This document shows, piece by piece, positions 52,491-64,000 of a stretch of DNA of 64,000 nt; positions within the stretch are counted from its first letter, which is position 1; every line of letters starts with the position of its first letter. The notes under the pieces were generated by a model that searched no databases, was not told the origin of the DNA, and worked only from the letters and a program-made list of their open reading frames with translations. Source of the stretch: Octopus sinensis (taxonomy: Eukaryota); NCBI RefSeq assembly GCF_006345805.1, contig NC_043015.1, positions 44,330,001 through 44,394,000 on the forward strand, given 5' to 3'. The position numbers were made by a program, and so were the translations under genes.

Positions 52491-55164
52491 ATTATATCTA
52501 TCTCTACCATTTAGCACGTCGCATTCTTATGAAACCGTTGCAATCTGATTATTACCGAATACACATTCATATCCTCACACCAGCATTCTACACTTGAAAA
52601 TCTATTCCATGACATTTTACGATGTGCTAGTCTTCAGTTTTACTCAAGGCGTTGCATTTAAATTTTTTACTCTAGAGCGTACAAATGATAAAGTAAACAC
52701 TTCTTGCAATGAGAAGCGTATCTTGTGTAGCGGCATATTTGCATATTTTATGTGGTGTTACATTTGCATATGTTGTGTAACGTCATATTTACTGGTAAAC
52801 ACTATTTAACTACGTCTATTTAAGTTTGCAGTTCGCTTTCCCTCAACTGAATTTCTCTGTCATCCACGTCGTGTCGATAAAATACAATACAGATCCAGTA
52901 TCGGGAATGAATTAACGTATTAAACATTCCCCAAATGTGTAGCCTTTTCCGTGTGTTATGTGTCATTAATTGTTGTGGGCACATCGACAACTTACACTAA
53001 CCACCAACTTCAACAGTTCATGCATTAGGAAATATGTGCAACTCGTGTTACTAATGGGGTATGAGAATTTGATTGCCTTAGTTATACGCTAGTGGTTAAT
53101 ATTTATTAGTTATGTGCTGGCGATTAATATCGTGTTTTATTCATTAGGTTTACACTGACGATTTAATATCCTGTATTAGTCATTAGGTAGCTTTCGTCAG
53201 TTAATCTGCTGTAAGTTCACCGGCAAAACTTCTAAACAATATTTATTCATAGGACTAGTTATACCATGTAAATGCGGTATCAATATGGCAGTATTATAAA
53301 TCCTACACTTCATAAATATATGCGTATTGTATCTCCATATCCAGAAAAGAAAATTTGAATATAATTACTGTCAACTGTATTTCCTGTGTTTTTTTTGTAC
53401 CCCTGCAAGTCCTCATTGAGGAATATTCATATACATGTTATTCATTTACAGCAATTTCTAGTCACTATCTTCCATTTTTTTCTCTATCTCCTTTCATCGT
53501 TCCTTATTTTCTAACTGATTTAACGACTTAAAGCGTCGCATAGACAAGGCTCTCGACTATACGTATTTGAGTGGTATTTGTCCTCATCTTGTTTGATTTT
53601 AACACAATGTTTCGTTCATATATGTTAAGGTTAAATCACTGTGACGTTGCAAGTAAAAGGCGGATAATTTCTATACTGCGGTCGCTGTCAGGTTCTCTGT
53701 TAAAAAAGGTCCAAATAAAGTGGGGGCCCTCGATTACACCAACCTTGTTGTTAGATATTATTGCAAAATGCAGCAAGCAAGTGCTGCAGAGACATCTGTA
53801 ATCCTTGAGGTAAAGCGGAGATTTAAAAAATGTGTTTTATCTATCTGTGTGCGGCTATAATATTCTAGACACGTTGAAATTACTTCCGTGTATCGTTGTC
53901 CTTTGTGCTTATCTGGAGGTTGTGAGTTTGGTTCCATGTAATTCCCATTATTCAAAGTCTTGTATATATTCGTCTGTTCACAGAAATTACATATAAACTT
54001 GTTATGGATATTATCAGTTACTAAATATTATTTGCTAGTTTCCTCCTAATTTTACAACTCAATACGGAAGCCAACGAAGCTCTTTTATGTAGGCCCTGTT
54101 TTCTGTCGCAACTAAATCCTCCCTACTCAATAATATATACATACAATAATATGGCTCTGGATGCATTATATCTAAAGAACGTTCCGGTTGTTCATATCAG
54201 GAATGGTATGTTGTAAGATCTTCTCAAACAGCGAGTATTCGAGCTTAAACAATAAAAACACAACGTTGAATCGTTGCACTGCAACGATTCAAATGAATAT
54301 GGATGTATTTCAGCATTTCTCAATACAGGATACTAAAGAAACACAAAACAAAGATAAAGCAGGAATATCAAACTCAATCTAAAGAATCAAGGTTACGTAT
54401 TATACATCGAATTACTGTATCTTCTGCATTAATAACGAAATACATGCATTGGATCCTTGAGCAACGCAGTACAATAAAAATAGCTCTAGGCTATTCGGCT
54501 TTCAATGAGAAAGTCGCATCAGATTTGCGCAGTTGCATCAAGGATGAAAATGCTAGAAGGTATTTAAATATATTTGCGATTACACCCGAACTTGAAAGAA
54601 TTAAGTATAGCATGCTACAGCCTACAAACGCTGCTTGTTTGCGAGTGACGGCTATGATCTTGCTTTGATAATCGTATCAATCAAGGATATAAGGTAGCGA
54701 GTTAACAACGGAAATATCGGTCACTTGACACCAGTGTGGCAATGTGATGAATATGGAACTGACATAAATCACAATGTTACAATCCCGCTGTTGTTACTGA
54801 GGACACCGGCAGTTGGCGAAAGCGTTGTAAAACGCACATATATTTCCGATGTGCTGAAGCAAATGCCTCTCATATATAATAACGTGCTGGAAAAATGACT
54901 CCCCTTTGGATAATTCATTCCAGACGCACTCCATAAAGATAACGTCTTCAGACTTTTGCAGTTCTATGATTTACACGATGAAACCCAAAACCAAAATCAA
55001 AATCAAAATCAAAATCAAACTACTATTTACTAATTAATGCACAGAAGTAGTAACTTACAGAAAAAAAAAATTCCACTGTAGTTTGATTCCTATTCTGTAA
55101 TAAACTGCACATAAGCCAATTAAAACCGACTTAGGAGGAATTTTAATGAAACATCATTGAAATT

Positions 55165-55254
55165 ATGATAATAATAATAATAATAATAATAATAATATAA
55201 TAATAATAATAGTAATAATAACAATAATAATAATAATAATAATAATAATATAAC

Positions 55255-55300
<46 letters not shown>

Positions 55301-55389
55301 TGATAATAATAATGATAATAATAATAATAACAATAATAATAATAATAACAATAATAATAATAACAATAATAATAATAATAATAATGATG

Positions 55390-55421
<32 letters not shown>

Positions 55422-55489
55422 ATAATAATAACAATAATAATAATAATAAACAATAATAATAAACAATAATAATAATAATAATAATGATG

Positions 55490-55573
<84 letters not shown>

Positions 55574-55600
55574 TAATAATAATAATAATAATAATAATAA
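55165..55600. repeat. (AAT)n/(AAC)n/(GAT)n microsatellite
   Basis: Direct repeats; a SINE-A form 2 tail fragment (minus strand) follows at ~55665-55743. Confidence 0.97.
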
Positions 55601-55869
55601 CAGAGCTGCAGCTGCGTTGACTTTTGATTGATTTCCTGTATTATAAATATTTAATTGATAATAATATCCTTTCTACTATAGGAACAAGGCCTGAAATTGG
55701 GTGGGGGGTAATCGATTACATCGACTCCAGTAATTAACTGGTACGCACACACACACACACCACACACACACATATATATATATATAATAACAATTTAATA
55801 AATAAAACATATGCATACATACATATATGTACATACCTACATCTATATGTATATACACATGCATATATG

Positions 55870-56250
55870 AGTACAGGACACCACAAATAAACGTAGAACA
55901 CAACGAGAAACGAAAACAGAAACAAAACAAGGAAACGGACTTCTTTTAACAACGAAAAAAACAGAGTACAAGACAAACAACAGAGGGAACATCCCCTTTC
56001 ATCAGCTGCCCCTGTTTCGACTCTTTGCGTGTTTCGAAGGTAAGGGCAAAATACGACTACAGAGAAAGGGTCCTTCCCGCAAATGAATTAAATAAATTTT
56101 TTTTGTGGAGGAGTAAAAAAAGGGTATCAAGAACAGGACGTAAAAGCAATACAAATAAAGAAAAAAACAGTACAAAGAAAGATAAAAACAGAACAGACAG
56201 GACAAGGAAACCAACAAAAAGTGCTTTTTTAAGCCTAGACGGTGGAAAAA
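55870..56250 (-). mobile_element. Probable Penelope-like repeat remnant
   Basis: Purine-rich plus strand and microsatellite flank like H1-H4; CTGATGA-AAGGG-GATGTT-CCCT on the minus strand but no following GAAA. Confidence 0.35.
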
Positions 56251-56256
56251 TTCATT

Positions 56257-56487
56257 AGAACGCGAGCTGACAGAAATGTTAGCACACCAGGTGAAATGCT
56301 GAGAGCTATTTCGTCCGCCGCTACGTTCTGAGTTCAAATTCCGCCGAGGTCGACTTTGCCTTTCATCCTTTCGGGGTTGATAAATAAAGTACCAGTTACG
56401 CACTGGGGTTGATGTAATCGACTTAATCCGTTTGTCTGTCCTTGTTTGTCCCCTCTATGTTTAACCCCTTGTGGACAATAAAGAAAT
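56257..56487 (+). mobile_element. SINE-A form 1 monomer
   Basis: GCGAGCTGACAGAAATGTTAGCAC...GAGTTCAAATTCCGCCGAGG...AAAGAAAT. Confidence 0.88.
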
Positions 56488-57503
56488 TGGTATATATTTG
56501 TGTATGCGATAAGCAAAATAATGTGCTTTCAGTAACAATATTTTCCCGCAACACACGTTTTATTTTTATTTTAAATTATTCCTAATGAATCACTTACAGA
56601 GATTTTTCCAGTACTAAAACCGTACAACAGCCAAGCCACGTCATATTCAAATTCAAAGCAAAAGTTCTGTGATTAATACCAACCCGATACTCATAATAAA
56701 TCAATGATGTCCTCGAAATTCGATTACTGTCCAACAGGTTTGACTTCGTTTACTCAGACAGAACTCTTAATAAATAAGTTATTGTTCTCACATGCTCCTC
56801 ATCTCTATGATACTTTTCATTTATTTGCAAACACATAAAAGTGATCACCCACGTTTTCTTAACCGCCTCTTCAAATTTTGCTTTAGTCTCCCTTCTAATT
56901 GTGGCTCGTGTATTTGAATTTAATATATTATATTTAATTTCACTTCATTTCATTCAACGCAGAAAATTATATTGAATGCATCATTGCAACGTGCTTTCCT
57001 ATTGCTTCAAAGTAACTTTCATTTTATATCGCGTCATGTATAAACGTTAGGAGTACTTAAACGACTTTCACTTCTTCGTGAATTTACTGCTTCAATAAAT
57101 ATCTAGCTGTTTCATGTGACGAAGATACATGCTTTGCTTTTATATTACTTCATTTTCAATTGTTAGGCACGAGCATTGATATAGGTTTGTCACATTTTAT
57201 CAATTTATATTATTGACTAAAAGTTCGACTCCAAATAATTGTCTGACCGCCGTGTATAGTTGAACGTAATTGCGTGTGAGCGTTCCTAAAGAAAAAAAAA
57301 TACATATAGATGGCATTTCACATAACTATCATAACTTATTAAAACTCATCGTTATGTTTATTCGGTGCAAGTTCGAAACTTCGATCACATATGTGTATGT
57401 ATGTATGTATGTATGTATGTATGTATGTAGGCAAGTACGTATGTAGTCATGCACGAATGCATCTACGTATGTATTTCTAAATGAATATATACATGTGTGT
57501 ATT

Positions 57504-57540
<37 letters not shown>

Positions 57541-57587
57541 ATCTATCTATGTACAAGTTATCTGTATATGCATACATACGTGATACA

Positions 57588-57766
57588 TAGCTAGCCACTA
57601 CACATTCTTTACCTTCTCTCCATGTTTCTTTCTGTGTTCCTTTCTGTGGAAAAGCGTAGCCTCGAAACGTTAAAGACTTTTCCACTTCCCGAGCGCTAAA
57701 CTAATACATCTGTTTGTTGTCTACACCACCTGTCTTCGTTGTCTTTTTTGTGTGAATTCTCCGTCT
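57588..57766 (+). mobile_element. Penelope-like terminal-repeat remnant with hammerhead-like motif (copy H4)
   Basis: CTTT-CTGTGGA-A-AAGC-GTAG-CCTC-GAAACGTT-AAAG (57640-57675); inverted homolog of 32693-32880. Confidence 0.55.
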
Positions 57767-57775
57767 ATATATACA

Positions 57776-57810
<35 letters not shown>

Positions 57811-58034
57811 TAGCAACACCCGAGAAATTCGCTGTCACTTTGATATTTATAAAATTGATGGAAGTTTATAGACTTACACGAAATCCATAATTTCGCTTGA
57901 ATATGTAATTTTCCTCAAGTCATTGGAGATAACATCTGTGCAAAGCATATTCTTTGTTGTAAACATATCACCTCTTCAACGTTGGGCATTTCTTCTCTTC
58001 ATTTTTACCTTGTGTCAACGTTGATAGAATTACT

Positions 58035-58237
58035 CTTTTCTTTTCTATTCTAGGCACAAGGCCTAACATTTTCTGGGAGGGGGGCAGTTGATTAGATCGA
58101 TCTCAGTATGGAACTGGTACTTAATTTATCGACCCGGAAAGGATGAAAGGCAAAGTTGACCTCAGTGAAATTTGAACTCAGAACGTGAAGACAGACGAAA
58201 AACCGCCAAGCATTTCGCACTGCGTGCTAACGTTTCT
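58035..58237 (-). mobile_element. SINE-A form 2 lacking the first ~20 nt of its head
   Basis: TTTCTATTCTAGGCACAAGGCC tail ... GTGCTAACGTTTCT. Confidence 0.8.
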
Positions 58238-58652
58238 TATTTGTTACTGCCCACAAGGGGCTAAACACAGAAGGGACAAACAAGGACAGACAAACAGATT
58301 AAGTCGATTACATCGACCCCAGTGCGTAACTGGTACTTATTTAATCGACCCCGAAAGGATGAAAGGCAAAGTCGACTTCGGTGGAATTTGAACTCAGAAC
58401 GTAGCGGCAGAAGAAATGCCTATTTTTTTACTACCCACAAGGGGCTACACAAAGAGAGAAAAAAAAGGACAGACAATCGGATTAAGTCGATTATATCGAC
58501 CCCAATGCAAAACTGGTGCTTATTTAATTGACGGCCAAAGGATGAAAGGTGATGTCGACCTCGGCGGAATTTGAACTCAGAACGTAGCGGCAGACGAAAT
58601 ACCGCTAAGCATTTCGCCGGGCGTGCTAACGTTTCTGCCAGCTCGCCGCCTT
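58238..58652 (-). mobile_element. SINE-A form 1, head + 2 monomers
   Basis: Two monomers and a complete head ending GCCAGCTCGCCGCCTT. Confidence 0.88.
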
Positions 58653-59461
58653 AGAATTGTTACAATTATTGAAAAGACTTTGAACGAACAATCTATGTAA
58701 CAGATCCTGTAAATGGTAAACCTGGAACAAAGTCGAAGACATAACGTATATATTTCATGTACAGTATGACTACGTTGTTGACTATTTTACAAATCTTAAG
58801 TTTTATTACTACTACTATTACTACTACTAACAACTCATTTTGATATAAGATTAAAGAGCATATTGATTGGCATGAAGCCATAGCTCACGTAATGTATAGC
58901 AGAGTAGGTATCCCACTGATCTCCTGATTAGAAAAACAAATATGTCAGAAATATATACATCATACTTAATTCAAAATATTTTCTTCCAGCCAATTTCTCT
59001 TAAGAATAACCTAAAAATTGGAAATGATGTGCATAGTAGATTATGTCTTTGATTTCGTTCCATATATTAATAACATAATTGCCTTAATGAATAAATATTA
59101 TATCTATACGACGGTACATACATTATGCCACAAATCTCATTCCATAGTTTGTCAGTCTTATGAATAAATACTGTGTCTGCAGGCAAATAATATCTATGAC
59201 TTCAATAATTTTCTGTGCGAATATCATAACTATTGTGCTTATATAAGTCGCTGCTATGGCTATATGATTTAGAAGTTCGTTTGACAACCACATTCTTTAC
59301 AGTTTATTCCCGCTGCGCACCACGGAATGTCAATGCGATTGGTTTGAGACTTCCAATGCTTTAAGACTGGAGTTATTACACGGAAAATGTACGGGCAAAC
59401 ATCTGTGCTTATGTATACATATATATATATATATTCTCTTTTTTTCTCTTTTTTACTCTTT

Positions 59462-59838
59462 TTAAGTGTTTCTGTCATTTGACTGCGGCCATGCTGGAGC
59501 ACCGCCTTTTAATCGAGCAACTCGACCCCGGGACTATTCTTTGCAAGCCCAGTACTTATTCTATCGGTCTCTTTTGCCGAACCGCTAAGTGACGGGGACA
59601 TAAACACACCAGTATCGGTTGTCAAGCAATGCTAGGGGACAAACACAAACATACACGCACACATATACATGCATATGTATACATATATACGACGGGCTCC
59701 TTTCAGTTTCCGTCTACCAAATCCAATCACAAGGCTTTGGTCGGCCCGAGGCTATAGTAGAAGACACTTGCCCAAGGTGCCACGCAGTGGGACTATGTGG
59801 TTGGTAAACAAGCTACTTACCACACAGCCACTCCTGCA

Positions 59839-59841
<3 letters not shown>
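59462..59841 (-). mobile_element. SINE family B, near full length
   Basis: TGTTTCTGTCATTTGACTGCGGCC...GCCACTCCTGCACCT. Confidence 0.9.
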
Positions 59842-59881
<40 letters not shown>

Positions 59882-60134
59882 AAGCGGGTACCAGAGTCGG
59901 ATTAAATTCTCCATTCGATAGAAGTAAGAACAATAGCAGTCAAATATGCCCAGAAGAGGCCATTGTTTTATAACATCGTAATTCACTTTAAAGTGCAAAT
60001 ATGGGCACTAAAAATTGGCCGAAACGTAACGCAGGTGAAAGAAAATCAAAGACCCTATTAATTGACCGAACGATGATTAAAAAATGATTATTCTATGTAT
60101 ATTCTGTTTTCTGTAAACTGTGGCAAATAAATGG

Positions 60135-60485
<351 letters not shown>

Positions 60486-61250
60486 GTATGCAATTGTGTG
60501 CTTGCATTAGTGATGCTTATTTGCGTATTAAAAAAAAACAATTTTGCAACGTGAGGACCGCTTTATAAGAAGGGAATATCTGTCTGTAATAAGGTCAGGG
60601 AATAATAATAAAATAGATCTGGTTTGGAAAAGACAATTTCATTATGTTCTTGTAGTGTATTGTGCTGGAACAGAGGAACATGTAAGTTTATTGAAAATGT
60701 CTTTGATGCAGAAGACAAAGGAATAATACATTAGCGAAAAACGCGTCTCATCGCACGCAGACACACACATGTTTATAAATATATATATGTGTGTGCGAGT
60801 GTGTGTGTGTGTTGAAGTCTGTGTTACCGTTCTCATGTGTATCAGCTTAAATGTTCAATCAGAATTTATGCTAATAATATCTCTCCTGGCTATCATGAGT
60901 TAGTTTGTTTTCTTTTTAAAGCATATTTCTCTTAGTAAAATAAAATTTCACTGTCTACATGATATTCTCCCTCTCCGCTGGATTATTTACTCTAAGCATT
61001 CATTCAATTATCGTGGGAAACTATCGAAAATATTTAGAAAGTCTCGAATGCCTTAATCGTTGTATTTTATTCTTTCACTTTTAAAAACAAATTATGTAAT
61101 TCAATCAAAGTTCAATTGAGTGTATTCTAAAAATGAGTCCATTAAACAGTTGTCTGCGCTACATCTAAATTTACACGAGAAACATGCTTTTTATATTACG
61201 TGCAATTATCTCACATCGAAGCTATACACATGTAAATATACAGGCAGATA

Positions 61251-61668
61251 AGGCGGCGAGCTAGCAGATACTTTAGCACGCCGGGTGAAATGTGTAAGCC
61301 TATTTCGTCTGTCGTTACGTTCCGAGTTCAAATTCCGCCGAGGTCGACTCTGCCTTTCATCCTTTCAGGGTGGATAAATTAAGTACCAGTTACGCACTGG
61401 AGTCGATGTAATCAAGTTAATTCCTTTGTCTGTCCTTGTTTGTCACCTCTGTGTTTAGCCTCTTGTGGTGGGTAATAAAGAAATACGTATTTTGTCTGTC
61501 GTTACGTTCAGAGTTCAAATTCCGCCGAGGTCGACTTTGCCTTTCATCTTTTTGGGGGTCGATAAATTAAGTACCAGTTTCGCACTGGGGTCGATGTAAT
61601 CGACTTAATTCCTTTGTCTGTCCTTGTTTGTCCCCTCTGTGTTTAGCCCCTTGTGGGTAATAAAGAAA
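61251..61668 (+). mobile_element. SINE-A head + 2 monomers with 18-bp TSD
   Basis: TSD TAAATATACAGGCAGATA at 61233-61250 and 61669-61686. Confidence 0.93.
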
Positions 61669-63149
61669 TAAATATACAGGCAGATAGAGACATGAGTTAA
61701 AGAGTGACGTCTCTACGCTGTCACTTCACTTGCTAGAAATAACAGGCAACTTTCTCTTTGGATAATAACCCACGGTGATAGAAGTATGAAGGATGCGCAG
61801 CCTATTTTGTACTGAATATAGAACCAAAGGTTTGAAGTAGTCGAATCTCGACGATAAGAACTGAGCTGAGGTTTTAAAAAATAACAACAGCGATCCGACG
61901 CTTTCGTATAAACGCATGAACATATATGTGCACCAACACATGAAGAGACACAGATACACTTCATAAAACGATGATCTAACTTAAATGTATCTGTTAAAAA
62001 CTGCACGAAATATTCTGACCTTTATTCTTCTTTTATCTTCAGTTTCATTTTTATTAAATTCTCTGAATATCAAACTGCTTCTACTCATCAACAAGAACAA
62101 AATATGTAATAATTTGCTTTGATTTGCAAACATTTACGGTCATTGACGTTACCTGAGTAGCATCATACATTATAGTTGAACCTTATACGTTTTTTCGACC
62201 ATTAAGATATAGAAAATATAGTTTTGGTCGGATATTGAATGCGCATTGCGAAAATTTTATTAATAATTTGTCTCGGATGATATTTTAACGCATCTTCATT
62301 CTGAATTTCACTCAGCAGATATAGGTATTAATAGGTGGTACATTCTAGATAACGCAGCATTTTGACAGAAAGGAAATTAAAATTGTCACATAAGCGAGTT
62401 GGAAATACCTCCCGTATTGACTAACAATTTAGTTGTCCTCCGTAACAAATATCTCATATTTCGAATAAAGGAAATATTCCATTGTTTTATTCCACACAGA
62501 ATTAACTGTGTTAAGTAGTAAGAAGCTTGTTACGTAAACATAGCGGTGCGTACCATTTTGGCGAGAGGAATGAAATTAGCAGTAGACATTTCAAGTCTAA
62601 ATCGTATTGTGCAATCTTCCTAACTTTATATGTTGTAAAAGTTGTTTGGATATGACAACAATCAAATAATCCCCGTATTAGCTTGATATATATGAAATGC
62701 TAAATCCTCTTCAGAATGCTATGATATAATTTAGTGTTTATGATCAACAATTTTGATCTCCGCTCAAAGAAAATGATCTAGTTATTCAGAACACTCATGA
62801 TAAATGTGTATCAAAATATCCCTAACCATTTATTTACGCATCGTAAATATATTTAGGCATCATAAATATACGACGCACAAAAATTGTAACTGAGCGTTGC
62901 TGAAACTACATGACTTATCAAGTAACCAACTAGGATCATAGAATCATGAAGATGTACATCCCATTGGGTTTTGAATGATTTTTAATGTTGTGGTTTATAT
63001 ATTCACCTCATGAAAATGATTTTTTTCTAATGGTCTCCGTTAATCAATTAAAAATTCCTTGGAAACAACTGTAGTGAATTGACACATTATCCATCTGTTG
63101 TTATTTATTTATTTATTCAATATTCACCTCTCACGGAACCTCCTCCTTA

Positions 63150-63410
63150 TTGTTTGTTCCTGCTCGAACCATGCCTGACTCATAAGGGACGGTTTCCCGT
63201 TTCTTGGCGTATAGGTTCCCCACCTGGGCGGGACACCGGTCCATCGCAGGTGAGCTACAAAATGCAGGAGGAAAGATTGAGAGAAAGTTGTGGCGAAAGA
63301 GTCAACAGAAGTTTCGCCATTACCTTCTGCCGGAGCCGCGTGGAGCTCAGGTGTTTCGCTCATAAACACACACATCGTCCGGTCTGAGATTCGAACCCGC
63401 GATCCCTCGA
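63150..63410 (-). mobile_element. SINE family C, head truncated
   Basis: Reverse-complement match to 5040-5294. Confidence 0.88.
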
Positions 63411-63842
63411 TCCCTTGATGAAATATATAGCTGTCATTATCAGTTCGAATCTAGTCGTTTTCCGAATACAAGTCACCGATACAACTAATTAGAACGTTCT
63501 GCAAAATAATCAAAGCAGTTATCGTATTTAAAATTTTAGGGAGTTTTTGACACAATAGTAATAAATGTGTGTATAAATATTATAAGCAACCAATACATTG
63601 GTGTTTATAAAGTACTAAAATTCCTGCCAATACAAAAGATTCCTGCATACAAAAACCCTTGTCATAGCCTTTTTATACATTAGCTACTAATAGATACATA
63701 TATCCAGGCATGCGCATACAAACACACTCTCTCTTTCCATCTCTCTATCCCTCTTCCTCTTTCACTCTCACTCAATCTCTATCTCTTTCTCTCTTTCTCT
63801 CTCTCTCCCTATATATATATATATGTGTATGTATATAAATAT

Positions 63843-63896
<54 letters not shown>

Positions 63897-64000
63897 ACAA
63901 TACATATACATGCTTATTATATATATATATGGTTGTGTGTGTGTGTATGTAAATGTATGTATATCTGTATGTATAAAATAAACATACATCTGTTATTTAT

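Noticed and set aside
55985-56040. Canonical CTGATGA core on the minus strand with an AGGG/CCCT stem
   Set aside because: No GAAA after stem II; the upstream GAAAC is too close for a type II/III hammerhead

Overview
AT-rich, extremely microsatellite-dense animal genomic DNA. The tRNA-derived SINE families and (TA)n/(TACA)n/(TCTA)n/(TAA)n content suggest a coleoid cephalopod, probably Octopus (inference, not verified). No host protein-coding gene can be supported; nearly all long ORFs in the track are microsatellite read-throughs. The window is a transposon graveyard. It holds at least five modular tRNA-derived SINE families (my labels A, B, C, D, F, G), 5'-truncated LINE fragments (I-group with RNase H; two restriction-like-endonuclease LINEs; CR1/L2-like), two Tc1 transposase remnants, a heavily decayed hAT (Charlie/ZBED5-like) transposase, two MITEs and Penelope-like remnants. 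Two signals stand out. (1) Short (TA)n-embedded repeats from different families share a minimal type-I hammerhead-ribozyme architecture but carry a non-canonical core (CYGKNGA instead of CUGANGA). (2) SINE family A occurs as head + 1, 2, 3 or 5+ tandem ~183-bp monomers with one invariant palindromic junction, sometimes bounded by target-site duplications, and builds higher-order repeats. All alignments were done by eye; family names are provisional.
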